Positions 11,196 through 20,848 of a DNA stretch of 64,000 bases are shown here, one piece after another; positions within the stretch are counted from its first letter, which is position 1; each line of letters begins with the position of its first letter. The position numbers and the translations under genes were made by a program. The stretch is from an uncultured Glaciecola sp. GTDB lineage: Bacteria; Pseudomonadota; Gammaproteobacteria; Enterobacterales; Alteromonadaceae. The stretch lies in contig OX044360.1 in assembly GCA_943846745.1 (NCBI GenBank), positions 1,225,650-1,289,649 of the forward strand, given 5' to 3'. The notes beneath the pieces are model-generated. The model made no database searches. It worked only from the letters and a program-made list of their open reading frames with translations, and was not told the DNA's origin.

Positions 11196-12068
11196 TTATT
11201 TCTTTGCAGCTTCCAATTGAGCCGCAACTTCTGCAGCAAAATCTTCAGTCTTTTTCTCTATACCTTCACCCACTTCAAAGCGGATAAAATTAACAACATC
11301 AGCACCTTTACTTGCCAATAATTCACCAACAGTTTGTGATGGATCTTTAACAAATGGCTGACCTGTCAAGCTGATTTCACCAGTGAATTTCTTCATACGA
11401 CCAGAAACCATTTTTTCTGCGATGTCAGCTGGCTTACCAGACTGAATTGCGATGTCGATTTGAATTTCTTTTTCTTTTGCAACAACTTCTGCTGGCACTT
11501 CTTCAGGCTTAACAAACTGTGGACAGGCTGCAGCAACGTGCATAGCAACGTCTTTAGCAAGCTCTTCATCACCACCAGTAAGGATAGCAATAACACCAAT
11601 TCGACCACCATGTACATATGCGCCAAGGTTTTCACCCGATACATTAATGACACGACGTGGAGAAATATTTTCACCAATTTTAGTGACTAACGTATCGCGA
11701 ACAGTTTGTACCGTTGAACCATCAAGTTCAGCAGCGTTTAATGTTTCGATATCATTGATTTGGCTAGCTGCAGCTACTGCAAGCAATTTTTTACCAAATG
11801 CAAGAAAACCTTCGTCACGTGCAACAAAATCAGTTTCACAGTTAACTTCCATCATAGTCGCAACACCCGCTTCGACGTGAGTTAAAATCACACCATCAGC
11901 AGCGATACGGCCAGCTTTTTTAGCTGCCTTTGCTTGACCAGATTTACGCATATTTTCAATCGCTAGTTCGATGTCGCCATTGGCTTCAACTAACGCATTT
12001 TTACAATCTAACATACCGGCGGCTGTGCGCTCACGTAGTTCTTTAACCAGGGCTGCAGTAACTGCCAT
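11196..12068 (-). CDS. tsf: translation elongation factor Ts
   Basis: N-terminal UBA-like [19 protein letters not shown] and [10 protein letters not shown]. Sits downstream of rpsB. Confidence 0.97.
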   Translation of the reverse strand: MAVTAALVKELRERTAAGMLDCKNALVEANGDIELAIENMRKSGQAKAAKKAGRIAADGVILTHVEAGVATMMEVNCETDFVARDEGFLAFGKKLLAVAAASQINDIETLNAAELDGSTVQTVRDTLVTKIGENISPRRVINVSGENLGAYVHGGRIGVIAILTGGDEELAKDVAMHVAAACPQFVKPEEVPAEVVAKEKEIQIDIAIQSGKPADIAEKMVSGRMKKFTGEISLTGQPFVKDPSQTVGELLASKGADVVNFIRFEVGEGIEKKTEDFAAEVAAQLEAAKK

Positions 12069-12094
12069 GATATTTTCCTCGAATAATTTAATCT

Positions 12095-12133
12095 AAAAAA
12101 TAATTGCGTTAGGCTGTTAACAACCTAACGCAA
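12095..12133 (-). terminator. rpsB-tsf intercistronic hairpin (attenuator/terminator)
   Basis: Perfect 10-bp stem TTGCGTTAGG/CCTAACGCAA (12104-12113 and 12124-12133). On the minus strand it is followed by TTATTTTTT. Confidence 0.6.
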
Positions 12134-12138
12134 GACAC

Positions 12139-12867
12139 TTATTCTGCCGCTTCAATAAACTCTTCTTCAGCTTGCGCTTCGATGTTTTGATTACGACCAG
12201 AAATAACAGCATCAGCAGCTGCATTTAAGTATAACTGTACTGCACGGATTGCATCGTCATTACCAGGAATGATGAAATCAACACCATCTGGGTTAGAGTT
12301 AGTATCAACTACACCCACAACTGGGATACCCAAGTTACGAGCTTCAGTGACTGCAATGTGCTCGTGATCTGCATCGATAACAAAGATTACGTCCGGTAAA
12401 CCGCCCATGTCTTTGATACCACCTAAGCTAGATTCAAGCTTAGTCATTTCACGTTGTAACATTAGTACTTCTTTTTTGGTAAGTTTATCAAACGTACCAT
12501 CTTGGCTTTGCTGTTCAAGGTCTTTAAGACGCTTGATTGATTGACGTACTGTTTTCCAGTTAGTCAACATACCACCTAACCAACGCTTATTAACGTAGAA
12601 TTGGTCGCACTTGATTGCTGCATCTTTAACCGCATCACTTGCAGCACGTTTAGTACCTACAAATAACACTTTTCCTTTTTTAGACGCAACACCAGAGACA
12701 TAGCTCAACGCGTTGTTGAATAAAGGAACGGTTTTTTCAAGATTGATGATATGAACTTTGTTACGTGCACCGAAAATGAAAGGCTTCATTTTTGGGTTCC
12801 AATAACGAGTTTGGTGACCGAAGTGTACGCCAGCTTGTAGCATGTCGCGCATAGAAACATTTGCCAT
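12139..12867 (-). CDS. rpsB: 30S ribosomal protein S2
   Basis: [27 protein letters not shown] matches the S2 N-terminus. ATG at 12867 is preceded by GAGGAA. The ORF-track start at 12906 adds 13 non-homologous residues. Confidence 0.97.
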   Translation of the reverse strand: MANVSMRDMLQAGVHFGHQTRYWNPKMKPFIFGARNKVHIINLEKTVPLFNNALSYVSGVASKKGKVLFVGTKRAASDAVKDAAIKCDQFYVNKRWLGGMLTNWKTVRQSIKRLKDLEQQSQDGTFDKLTKKEVLMLQREMTKLESSLGGIKDMGGLPDVIFVIDADHEHIAVTEARNLGIPVVGVVDTNSNPDGVDFIIPGNDDAIRAVQLYLNAAADAVISGRNQNIEAQAEEEFIEAAE

Positions 12868-13017
12868 GATATTTTTCCTCAAATTTGGGGTTAGGCCTCC
12901 ATACATCCCTTCGCTCGATCCGCATTAACATTGCCTTAGCAGCTATTAACTTGGACACCCCGAGGTCAGTGTCGATGTATGTGTGTTTTAATTAGATCAT
13001 GCTACTAGCGCTAAGGC
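12868..13017 (-). promoter_or_regulatory. possible structured rpsB 5' leader (S2 autoregulatory type)
   Basis: The divergent rpsB/map gap is long (about 310 bp). In the leader, GCCTTAGC (12942-12949) is complementary to GCTAAGGC (13010-13017), and GGGGT (12887-12891) to ACCCC (12956-12960). S2 feedback on the rpsB 5'UTR is established in E. coli. The boundaries here are guesses. Confidence 0.3.
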
Positions 13018-13180
13018 TGAGCACAACCGATGGTATTTGCAAACAAAGATAATTAACTTCCATCATCTTAAATTGCGGCGCATTTTATATCATTTTGATG
13101 CTCTTAAATCAAGGAAAAACTGGTTATTGGCTGGTTTTTATGTAAAATAATGGGATAAATTTTATTAACGAGGATGTGCT

Positions 13181-13975
13181 GTGGGCGCAATCATCAAAAC
13201 ACCTGATGAAATTCAAAAAATGCGTGTAGCAGGCAAACTTGCTGCACAAGTGTTAGATATGATTGGTGAGTATGTTGTTAAAGGCGTGACGACCGATGAA
13301 CTCAATACCATTTGTCATAACTACATTGTTGACGTGCAAGAGGGCATTCCGGCCCCGTTAAATTACGGTCACCCGCCATTCCCTAAATCGGTATGTACGT
13401 CAGTTAACCACGTAATTTGCCATGGTATTCCTAGTGACAAAAAACTCAAAGACGGTGACAGTGTTAATATCGATGTGACCGTCATTAAAGATGGTTACCA
13501 TGGTGATTCTTCGAAAATGTTTGTGGTCGGTAAGCCTTCTATTTTGACTGAACGATTAATCAAGGTCACTCAAGAATGCTTGTATAAAGCAATTGAAATA
13601 GTCAAACCAGGTACAACACTCGGCGATATTGGGCACATTATCCAACAACATGCCGAAGCACATAATTATTCAATTGTGCGTGAATTTTGTGGTCACGGTA
13701 TTGGTGCGACTTTTCATGAAGAGCCGCAAGTTGTGCATTATGGACGACCAGGTACAGGTGATGTACTAGAAGCGGGTATGTGTTTTACTATAGAACCAAT
13801 GATCAATGCTGGTAAACGCAATAGTAAAATTTTGCCAGATCAATGGACCGTAGTTACTAAAGATCGTAGCTTGTCAGCACAATGGGAACATACATTGTTA
13901 GTGACTGATAATGGCGTGGAAATTTTAACGCATCGTGATGATGAAACTATCCCTAAAATTATTGAACACGCTTAA
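13181..13975 (+). CDS. map: type I methionine aminopeptidase
   Basis: GTG start. Colinear with E. coli Map (IKTPDEIQKMRVAG, NHVICHGIP, DVTVIKDGYHGD, FCGHGIG, FTIEPM, SAQWEHT). Confidence 0.97.
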   Translation: MGAIIKTPDEIQKMRVAGKLAAQVLDMIGEYVVKGVTTDELNTICHNYIVDVQEGIPAPLNYGHPPFPKSVCTSVNHVICHGIPSDKKLKDGDSVNIDVTVIKDGYHGDSSKMFVVGKPSILTERLIKVTQECLYKAIEIVKPGTTLGDIGHIIQQHAEAHNYSIVREFCGHGIGATFHEEPQVVHYGRPGTGDVLEAGMCFTIEPMINAGKRNSKILPDQWTVVTKDRSLSAQWEHTLLVTDNGVEILTHRDDETIPKIIEHA

Positions 13976-14145
13976 GACGGATTTAATCAACATAAAATCA
14001 ACATACAGTTAAACTCTTTTTAATAATATCGTTTTAATTATAATTAATAACGACAAAGTGCAATGTTATTACCTATGTAGCATTGCACCCTTCCCCGTTT
14101 ATGTTTAATCTAGCACCATGCTAAATATCATTTAAAACATATCTT

Positions 14146-16776
14146 ATGTCCTTTGCCGCTTTGATTGATCAAGTCCGTACAATTAATTCCCTTCAAAATG
14201 TCGCTGCATTTAAACAGGCAGTTAACGATTGTTACACCTATATGGAAAAAAGTTTTCCGACTGCTCTAGTGGATGATTTGGTTATCGGTCGTTCTAATTT
14301 TGTTGACGCACTGGTCACTCATGCTTGGCAACTTGCGGGTTTACACGAATACAAAAAACTGACTCTTGTCGCTGTCGGTGGTTATGGTCGAGGTCAACTT
14401 CAGCCGCATTCGGATGTCGATTTACTTATCCTTAGCCATCGTGGTTTACCGCGTGGTGCGGCAGATAAAATTTCAGCATTTTTAACTTTGTTATGGGATG
14501 CCAAACTCGACGTTGGTTCTGCAGTACGAAGTATTAAGGAATGCATTGAACAAGCTAAAAATGATATTACTATTGCTACTAACATCGTTGAAGCACGATG
14601 TTTAACAGGTTGCAAAGCTACATTTGATACCATGATTACTAAAGTAAACCGAGAAAAAACATGGACGAGTAAAGCGTTTTTCATGGCAAAATATGAAGAG
14701 CAGCAACTACGACATAGTAAATTTAATGGCACATCTTACAATCTAGAACCTAATGTCAAAGAAAACCCTGGATGTTTACGTGACATTCAATCGATTGGTT
14801 GGGTGGCCAAAAAACACTTTCAAGAATATGACGGTTATGAATTAGTCGGACATGGTTATTTTACCGAAACCGAACATCAAGAACTCCTCGACTGTCGTCG
14901 CCAATTATGGCGTATTCGCTTTGCTTTACATTTAGTTGCAGGACGCAGTGAAAACCGTTTATTGTTTGATTATCAGGCTGATGTAGCTCATAAATTGGGT
15001 TACAATGATGATGATAAAAAAGCAGTTGAACGCATGATGAAGTCATTTTTCCGTGTGGTTCGACGAGTGACCGAGTTGAACACCATGCTGTTGCAACGCT
15101 TTAAATTTGATATTCTACAACAGTCGGTTGCTTCTGGACGCATGCTCAATGACGATTTTTCGGTGAGCGACGGTACGATATCACCACGTCATGAAAATGT
15201 GTTTGCCAATCCTCTTGCTATCTTTGGTTTTTTAACATTATTAGCGGATAACCAAGATATCCAAGCGCTGGATTATGAGTGTATCCGTCAGGTTCGCAAT
15301 GCTCGTCGTCAATTTTCTGATCAGTATTGGGTCGAATACCCTGAATGTCGAGCCGAGTTCATGGGTTTAATGCGCCGCCCCGAGTTTTTCGGCTTTGGTT
15401 GGAATGTCATGCACTTGCATGGGATCTTACAAGCCTACCTACCACAATGGGATAATATAGTGGGCATGATGCAGTTTGATCTCTTTCATGCCTACACGGT
15501 GGATGAACATACCCATCGCTTAATCAAAAACTTACATGGTTATTTTAATAAAGAAAGTAATGCATTTCCGCGATGCAGTAATATAGTACAAAATTTGGAT
15601 AAACCTGAGTTGATTTTTATTGCTGGTATTTTCCATGATATCGCTAAAGGACGAGGTGGGGATCATTCTAAGTTAGGCGCAGCGGATGTCTTTGCCTTCG
15701 GTGCAGCACACGGTTTATCCACTGATGACATAGCTGTCATTAGCTGGTTGGTCGAGTCGCATTTATTAATGTCTGTGGTTGCTCAGCGACGTGATATCTA
15801 CGATCCTGAAGTCATCACTGATTTTGCTTGCGCTGTAAAAAGCCACAATCATCTAAACTTACTTTATGCCTTAACCCTAGCAGACATTCGAGCGACCAAT
15901 GACAGTTTGTGGAATGATTGGAAAGCATCATTACTTAAAGAACTTTATATTTTAACGCAAAAAGCCTTAGATAACGGATTACAGTGCCAAGTCACATTCA
16001 ACGAACGTGCCGAGCAACATAAAATTGAAGCTAGAGAGATTCTCTCTCCACAATGCCAGCCCTCCGACATTGACAGTGTATGGGATCGGTTAGAGCAAAC
16101 TTATTTCACACGATTCAAACCGGTACAAATTGCTTGGCATACGCAGCAAATTTTAATCCATAACCCCTCTAAAGAGTGGCTGATTAAGATGGCAAATCAT
16201 ACCACCAAAGCGGGCACTGAGTTATTAGTCTACGGGATCGATCGCCCTGCGGTATTTGCCCAAATTGCATCAGTATTAGACAGCGCTAATTTATCTATTT
16301 TAGATGCTAATATCGCCATTACGCCAGATGGTTATGTATTCGATAGTATTACGGTCGTGGATGAAGATAACGAAAAAATTGCATCAACCGAGCGATGCTA
16401 TAAAATAGAACAAGCGATATTAACGCAATTAAATAAATCCGAGCGCACACACCTTAATTCGCGTAAACTTTCACGTCAATTAAAACAGCTCAATGTACCG
16501 ACTAAAGTGCGTTTTTTCTCTGCCAGCGATGATGCGACCTTAATAGAACTTGAGGCACTTGATACACCTGGCTTACTTGCGACTATTGGTCATTTATTTG
16601 TCGATTTTAACTTAACATTACGTTTAGCTAAAATATCGACTATCGGCGAACGTGCTGAAGATGTATTCATTGTAAGTGATGAACACAACCATGCGCTAAG
16701 CTCTGAATTACAACTTGCCTTAAAAAAGCAAATATCTTTAACTCTCGATCAACTGGAAACTGACACAGCATTATGA
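14146..16776 (+). CDS. glnD: bifunctional [protein-PII] uridylyltransferase/uridylyl-removing enzyme
   Basis: 876 aa. Nucleotidyltransferase motif [19 protein letters not shown] domain ([18 protein letters not shown]) and two C-terminal ACT-like regions. map-glnD-dapD context. Confidence 0.95.
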   Translation: MSFAALIDQVRTINSLQNVAAFKQAVNDCYTYMEKSFPTALVDDLVIGRSNFVDALVTHAWQLAGLHEYKKLTLVAVGGYGRGQLQPHSDVDLLILSHRGLPRGAADKISAFLTLLWDAKLDVGSAVRSIKECIEQAKNDITIATNIVEARCLTGCKATFDTMITKVNREKTWTSKAFFMAKYEEQQLRHSKFNGTSYNLEPNVKENPGCLRDIQSIGWVAKKHFQEYDGYELVGHGYFTETEHQELLDCRRQLWRIRFALHLVAGRSENRLLFDYQADVAHKLGYNDDDKKAVERMMKSFFRVVRRVTELNTMLLQRFKFDILQQSVASGRMLNDDFSVSDGTISPRHENVFANPLAIFGFLTLLADNQDIQALDYECIRQVRNARRQFSDQYWVEYPECRAEFMGLMRRPEFFGFGWNVMHLHGILQAYLPQWDNIVGMMQFDLFHAYTVDEHTHRLIKNLHGYFNKESNAFPRCSNIVQNLDKPELIFIAGIFHDIAKGRGGDHSKLGAADVFAFGAAHGLSTDDIAVISWLVESHLLMSVVAQRRDIYDPEVITDFACAVKSHNHLNLLYALTLADIRATNDSLWNDWKASLLKELYILTQKALDNGLQCQVTFNERAEQHKIEAREILSPQCQPSDIDSVWDRLEQTYFTRFKPVQIAWHTQQILIHNPSKEWLIKMANHTTKAGTELLVYGIDRPAVFAQIASVLDSANLSILDANIAITPDGYVFDSITVVDEDNEKIASTERCYKIEQAILTQLNKSERTHLNSRKLSRQLKQLNVPTKVRFFSASDDATLIELEALDTPGLLATIGHLFVDFNLTLRLAKISTIGERAEDVFIVSDEHNHALSSELQLALKKQISLTLDQLETDTAL

Positions 16777-17597
16777 GTGATTTAAAAACCATTATTGAAC
16801 GTGCTTTTGACGCACGTGACACCATTTCCCCAAGCACAGCATCTGCCGAAATTAAAGATGCGGTAAACCAAGCAATTGATTTATTAAATAGCGGACAAGC
16901 TCGCGTCGCAGAAAAAATCGATGGTGAGTGGGTTGTCCATCAGTGGCTCAAAAAAGCCGTGTTGTTATTTTTCCGTTGCTACAACAACGATGTCATCGAA
17001 GGTGCAGAAAGCAAATTCTATGACAAAGTCCCATTAAAATTTAGCGATTATACTGCGGAGCGTTTTGCCAAAGAAGGCATGCGAGTTGTCCCACCAGCGG
17101 CAGTTCGTACTGGTACCTTTATCGGTAAGAATGTTGTATTAATGCCATCATACGTAAACATCGGCGCGTTTGTTGATGAAGGCACTATGGTTGATACATG
17201 GGCCACAGTGGGCTCATGTGCACAAATTGGTAAGAACGTACATTTATCTGGTGGTGTTGGTATTGGTGGGGTACTTGAGCCACTTCAAGCTAACCCAACA
17301 ATTATTGAAGATAACTGTTTTATCGGTGCTCGCTCTGAAATTGTTGAAGGGGTCGTCGTTGAAGAAGGCGCGGTTATTTCAATGGGTGTTTACATTGGTC
17401 AAAGCACACGTATCTATGACCGTGAAACGGGTGAAGTCCATTATGGACGTGTGCCAGCAGGATCTGTTGTTGTATCTGGCTCGCTACCGAGCAAATGTGG
17501 TACTTACAGCTTATATGCTGCGGTTATCGTGAAAAAGGTAGATGCAAAAACACGTGCAAAAGTCGGTATCAATGCCCTACTACGCGAAGCTGAATAA
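16773..17597 (+). CDS. dapD: 2,3,4,5-tetrahydropyridine-2,6-dicarboxylate N-succinyltransferase
   Basis: 274 aa with hexapeptide repeats, colinear with E. coli DapD ([51 protein letters not shown]). 4-nt overlap with the glnD stop. Confidence 0.96.
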   Translation: MSDLKTIIERAFDARDTISPSTASAEIKDAVNQAIDLLNSGQARVAEKIDGEWVVHQWLKKAVLLFFRCYNNDVIEGAESKFYDKVPLKFSDYTAERFAKEGMRVVPPAAVRTGTFIGKNVVLMPSYVNIGAFVDEGTMVDTWATVGSCAQIGKNVHLSGGVGIGGVLEPLQANPTIIEDNCFIGARSEIVEGVVVEEGAVISMGVYIGQSTRIYDRETGEVHYGRVPAGSVVVSGSLPSKCGTYSLYAAVIVKKVDAKTRAKVGINALLREAE

Positions 17598-17619
17598 TCT
17601 GTTTTAACGAGATTATTCC

Positions 17620-17655
17620 TACTACGCGCTAAGTGTATTTACTTAGCGCGTAGTA
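17620..17655. terminator. bidirectional terminator hairpin between dapD and yqcA
   Basis: Perfect 15-bp stem TACTACGCGCTAAGT / ACTTAGCGCGTAGTA with a 6-nt loop, between two convergent genes. Confidence 0.7.
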
Positions 17656-17673
17656 TTAGATCTTATAGTCACA

Positions 17674-18117
17674 TTAGAAGCTATTATGATGCTCTTCTAA
17701 CCAAGCAAGTACATCGGCTTCTGGTTCAAACGTTTCCATTGCATCAATCTCAACCAAATCAGTAATCGCTTCACCTTGCAATTCATTCATTAGTTCAAAC
17801 ATCTGTTTCCCTGCACCACAATAAGAATCACCATAAGAACTATCACCAAGGGCAATTACTGCAAATTTCTTTCCTGTAATTAACGGGAATGTGTCTTTAG
17901 CATCAGCATAAAATAATTCTAAATTAGGCGGTACGTCACCCACACCCGTTGTTGATGTCACCACCAAAAAACTATCATGATCATTGAATAAACTAATATC
18001 CGCGTCGGTATGCAATTCCACTTCATGGCCTTGATTGGCTAAAAATGTTTGGGCTTCTTCAGCTGCATTTTGTGCATTGCCATAGACTGAACCGACAATA
18101 ATTCCGATATTTGCCAT
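17674..18117 (-). CDS. yqcA: flavodoxin-like protein YqcA
   Basis: 147 aa. IGIIVGSVYGNAQNAAEEA, VVTSTTGVGDVP and IALGDSSYGDSYCGAGK align with E. coli YqcA. Sits downstream of truC as in E. coli. Confidence 0.85.
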   Translation of the reverse strand: MANIGIIVGSVYGNAQNAAEEAQTFLANQGHEVELHTDADISLFNDHDSFLVVTSTTGVGDVPPNLELFYADAKDTFPLITGKKFAVIALGDSSYGDSYCGAGKQMFELMNELQGEAITDLVEIDAMETFEPEADVLAWLEEHHNSF

Positions 18118-18125
18118 ATTTTATT

Positions 18126-18863
18126 TTACTCGCATTGATAAGGTTTCAAGATCGCTAACAACTGGGTTAAATCATCAGATAAAGGTGCTGATAATTCAAG
18201 CTGTTGCTGCGTGATAGGATGTTCAAAAATCATTTTACTATTAATAAGGGCTAAATGATTATATTTAAAGGTCTGACGCATGAATTTGTTTTGTTTACCA
18301 TCTCCGTGGGTAGTATCGCCCATAATAGGATGACGGATATGTGCCATATGTCGACGTAGTTGATGTTTACGTCCCGTAGCAGGATTTAGTTCAACCCATG
18401 AAAATCTCGCTGCAGGATATCTCCCTACGGGCTCAGGATAAGTGTAAGTTTGTAAGACTGTCATATCTGTCTGTGCTGATTGCGCGGGTTTATCTTGTTG
18501 GGCATGTTTATCGGCAATTTTATCGAGTTTTTCTTTTAACGCATAATCGATATGTTGATCATGTGTCCAACCACGTAATAAGGCATGATACGTTTTTTGA
18601 ATTGTTTTAGCCGTGAACTGTTCGTTTAATAAACGTGCAACTTCACTGGATAATGCAAAGACTAGTACCCCGCAGGTTGGTTTATCTAACCGGTGCACGG
18701 TATAAACATGTTGGCCAATCATATCGCGCACTATTTGCATGGCAAATTGGGTTTCATGGCGGTCAATCATACTACGATGGACCAATAAACCACTGGGTTT
18801 ATTCACCGCTATTAAATATTCGTCTTGATAAATAATGGGTAAGATTGGGGCTGCTTCGGTCAT
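18126..18863 (-). CDS. truC: tRNA pseudouridine(65) synthase TruC
   Basis: IIYQDEYLIAVNKPSGLLVHRS, HRLDKPTCGVL and TGRKHQLRRHMAHIRHPIMGD are colinear with E. coli TruC. Confidence 0.92.
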   Translation of the reverse strand: MTEAAPILPIIYQDEYLIAVNKPSGLLVHRSMIDRHETQFAMQIVRDMIGQHVYTVHRLDKPTCGVLVFALSSEVARLLNEQFTAKTIQKTYHALLRGWTHDQHIDYALKEKLDKIADKHAQQDKPAQSAQTDMTVLQTYTYPEPVGRYPAARFSWVELNPATGRKHQLRRHMAHIRHPIMGDTTHGDGKQNKFMRQTFKYNHLALINSKMIFEHPITQQQLELSAPLSDDLTQLLAILKPYQCE

Positions 18864-18929
18864 ATCACACTAGGTCTTAAAATCGTCTTGCTGTATTATA
18901 CGGACAAATTCGCCAGAGCTCAGGTTTTT

Positions 18930-19955
18930 ATGTCAGCAAATACCATCAATTCAATCCAAGAATTTTTAGATGCCTCCCAATCGCAATATAAATTTATCGA
19001 TATGGGCCGAGGTTTTCGTGAGATCACTCCTGAACAGTTTGCTGATATAGAACAGCAACGGGCTCCTGCTCCGTATCCACGTCAACAACATATGTGGTTG
19101 GGATGTATTTTTTGGGCGGAACAACGCTCATCTCAACATTATATTTGGTTTATCAAACTCCCCCTTGATGAGCGCGGTTTACTAAACCAAGCCGCACGCA
19201 ATGTGTTCTTGGAAAAAGTTGTCAACGCCTTAGGTGCACAACTTGAACATACCGAAAAGCAACAAGGTCAATTAGGCGATAACCCGTACACCTTTGTGCC
19301 TAACCAACAACAACTCGCTGATTTTAATGCCAAAGCAAAGGCATTAGTCGGGGCTAAACCAGGACAAGGATTTCAAGCGGTCGGTGAATATATCCATGCG
19401 CCAGCCGAACATGATTGGCAACTATTATCTGTGCAAGGAGTCGCAGATTATGTCGCGCGTTTGTCTGATCCTATGCTGTTTGCTGCACTATCAATGCAAT
19501 GGCAACAACTTGCACCGTCATTTCAAACAGCCGTTTTAAGTAGTTTAGAGAATTACGTAATCAATAAACCCTTGGCGATGTTAATCAAACATCATTGGGA
19601 CGCCGCGACCAAACAAAACAATGATATCCATATGATTGCCAGTCTTCGGGCGTTAGCACAAGCGCCTGAAGCCATCGTATTAAAAGTGCTTCAGCCATTA
19701 CTACAACGGGCTTATTTAAATGCAGACTTACTCATCCTGATTGCCGCTCGCCATATGCGGCTGTTTGCAGATATTGAGCGGGCTAAAGTGTTTTTAGAAA
19801 AATGCGCACTGCATGATGATGTATTATTTCAAGGACTCTTTTCTGATATAGTTCAAGTCCCACAATGTCGTATTTATATATTACAAGCCATACAGAGCGA
19901 TTCACTGTCCCAGCTATGTAAAACTAAAATAGCTACGTTACAACAGGCTCGTTAA
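18930..19955 (+). CDS. conserved hypothetical protein (I recall this as the DUF3549 type; unverified)
   Basis: Intact ORF. I prefer ATG at 18930 (MSANTINSIQEF) over the TTG at 18888. No catalytic motif recognised. Confidence 0.6.
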   Translation: MSANTINSIQEFLDASQSQYKFIDMGRGFREITPEQFADIEQQRAPAPYPRQQHMWLGCIFWAEQRSSQHYIWFIKLPLDERGLLNQAARNVFLEKVVNALGAQLEHTEKQQGQLGDNPYTFVPNQQQLADFNAKAKALVGAKPGQGFQAVGEYIHAPAEHDWQLLSVQGVADYVARLSDPMLFAALSMQWQQLAPSFQTAVLSSLENYVINKPLAMLIKHHWDAATKQNNDIHMIASLRALAQAPEAIVLKVLQPLLQRAYLNADLLILIAARHMRLFADIERAKVFLEKCALHDDVLFQGLFSDIVQVPQCRIYILQAIQSDSLSQLCKTKIATLQQAR

Positions 19956-19966
19956 GAGGATTTAAA

Positions 19967-20275
19967 ATGACATTATTAGATATTTTAATTACGGTTATGA
20001 TTATTGCGTTAGCCGCGTCGTTTTGGCGAGTGCGCGACTACGCAGAGCTTGCGCGCAATAGTGCACTGCAATATTGCAGTAAACACCAACTTGTATTTGT
20101 GAGTGTTGCTCGCCGTCAAATTCATTGGCAAGAAAGTCCAGAACAACGACGGTTTCAGTTTGATTATACGATGGAGTTTTCTACAGCCAATGATGTGGTA
20201 TATGAAGGGGTTATCAGTATCTATAAAGGCAAGTTACGCAGTATAGATTTACCGGTTTATCGAGTGCCTGACTAA
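19967..20275 (+). CDS. small membrane-anchored conserved hypothetical protein (DUF3301-like by recollection)
   Basis: 102 aa with a single N-terminal TM helix (LLDILITVMIIALAASFW). It starts 11 nt after the upstream gene and is followed by a terminator. Confidence 0.6.
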   Translation: MTLLDILITVMIIALAASFWRVRDYAELARNSALQYCSKHQLVFVSVARRQIHWQESPEQRRFQFDYTMEFSTANDVVYEGVISIYKGKLRSIDLPVYRVPD

Positions 20276-20278
20276 GAC

Positions 20279-20684
20279 AAAAAAAAGGGTAACGCTTTCT
20301 ACGCTACCCTTTTCTGATTGTTTTGAGCTTCCTTCTCAGCGATCCTTTGCTACTATAATCATCCCGATTAATATCCGTATACGCCCCTTTCCTTTTTATC
20401 CAACTCATCCTAAGTTGGCCGCGAGATCCTTGCGCGGGTCCCTTTCCCTTATTACTCCATAAGAAGCCGCACATCCATACTGCGACCTACCTCCATCCTG
20501 GAGTTGTTCCATACCGAGCATCTTGCTCGAAATCCTTATCCCTTAATCCTTTTTCACTCACCATCCATGCGCAAGTATTGGTCGTATGACCTTGTCCATT
20601 AAACCTTACTTATCATCCTGATATGTCGTGTTTCCCTGTGACGAGATAAATATTACCTTTTCTCTGGATCCTTGCACCTATAAA
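20279..20684 (-). ncRNA. csrB: CsrB/RsmB-family CsrA-sequestering sRNA
   Basis: 570-bp gap with no ORF. The minus strand carries 23 GGA trinucleotides between 20329 and 20670, mostly as AGGAU / CAGGAUG / AAGGAU. Several sit in hairpin loops: 20399-20417, 20418-20436, 20465-20485 and 20490-20502. The 3' end is a stem (20286-20308) plus a U-run (20279-20285). The 5' end is only approximate: candidate -10 elements are TATAGG at 20681-20676 or an extended TGTGATTAT at 20698-20690. Confidence 0.85.
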
Positions 20685-20808
20685 AGTGAAATAATCACAT
20701 CAACCTTTTATTAACATTAGAATTGATTCAAAAAAAGCCATTAAAAACATATGGATGTATAAGCTGTGAGTAATCTGTGGATAAGTTATGTATAATTAAC
20801 CTACATCA

Positions 20809-20826
20809 AAGTTAGATATATCTTAC
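20809..20826 (-). promoter_or_regulatory. candidate UvrY/GacA/VarA-type box upstream of the Csr sRNA
   Basis: Minus strand reads TGTAAG-ATATAT-CTAACT, matching 10 of 12 positions of the TGTAAG-N6-CTTACA consensus. It lies about 130-150 nt upstream of the predicted sRNA 5' end. Confidence 0.35.
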
Positions 20827-20848
20827 ATTCAATGTAGGTTGTTAATTA

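Noticed and set aside
11057-11239. 60-aa minus-strand ORF spanning the tsf/pyrH intergenic region.
   Set aside because: It runs through the tsf terminator hairpin and overlaps the ends of both flanking genes. There is no RBS, and the translation looks non-protein-like.
14073-14085. 13-nt exact repeat CTATGTAGCATTG shared by the hairpin after map (14058-14088) and the eno terminator region (56924-56936), considered as a possible REP-like element.
   Set aside because: In 64 kb, tens of 13-mer coincidences are expected by chance. The flanking sequence and stem lengths differ, and I found no further copies.
20821-20837. Palindrome CTTACAT-TCA-ATGTAGG, considered as a canonical GacA/UvrY box.
   Set aside because: Its half-sites are everted (CTTACA...TGTAAG) relative to the TGTAAG-N6-CTTACA consensus. 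The overlapping 18-mer TGTAAGATATATCTAACT on the minus strand is the better candidate, and the palindrome may simply be part of the GNAT gene terminator.
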